From an uncultured cyanobacterium (lineage in GTDB: Bacteria; Cyanobacteriota; Cyanobacteriia; Cyanobacteriales; CAWUOF01): a stretch of DNA of 64,000 bases. Position numbers and translations under genes: made by a program. Shown piece by piece: positions 63,849 through 64,000 of the stretch (position 1 is its first letter; each line of letters starts with the position of its first letter). Location of the stretch: positions 5,664,001 through 5,728,000 of the forward strand of contig CAVUSO010000001.1 in assembly GCA_963744145.1 (NCBI GenBank). Reading direction: 5' to 3'. A model generated the notes under the pieces. It ran no database searches and had not been told where the DNA came from. It saw nothing but the letters and a program-made list of their open reading frames with translations.

Positions 63849-64000
63849 GGGTTTAGACAAAAAAATTTTTGATTGGCAGCAAAGAGGGCGGAAACCTTAT
63901 GTATAGGTGGGTTTAAGGGTTTGGTTGGTAGTTAGGTTATGGTAGGTGACATGGGTTCGCTGAGGCGATCGCTGGCCAATGGAATGATGATGAAATTATA

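Overview
This is a cyanobacterial chromosomal window (very frequent HIP1 GCGATCGC, pentapeptide/Uma2/XisI/DUF29 genes, bilin photoreceptors). (i) 1-10.4 kb is an accessory island: three shuffled AbrB-type antitoxin copies, MazF and PIN toxins, an intact IscB/omegaRNA element that splits a small gene, a DUF4917 + UvrD helicase pair and a STAND-type ATPase. (ii) 10.4-40.3 kb is mostly core genes (amidase, pyrD, secA, ribF, MoxR, knotless phytochrome kinase, ATP-grasp/alpha-E/transglutaminase operon). (iii) 40.4-45.5 kb is a second, decayed TA/Uma2 island with a cyanobactin PatG remnant. (iv) 45.6-61 kb is core genes (upp, aroE, nfi, split Na+/H+ antiporter, SPFH pair, hybrid kinase + Hpt, phosphatase). 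(v) 61.0-63.85 kb is a minus-strand RNA operon with a sigma70-type promoter, an rrn-type boxA, 12 tRNAs plus one pseudo-tRNA and an embedded TIGR02452 (PARG-like) gene. The highlight is in this operon: an unannotated ~245-nt RNA that carries both a sarcin-ricin loop and a covarying copy of the 23S rRNA L11-binding/GTPase-associated domain (an apparent mimic of the ribosomal factor-binding centre), plus a YrlA-like Y RNA with a permuted tRNA module. All calls were made by eye; no database searches or folding programs were run, and rRNA reference sequences were recalled from memory.
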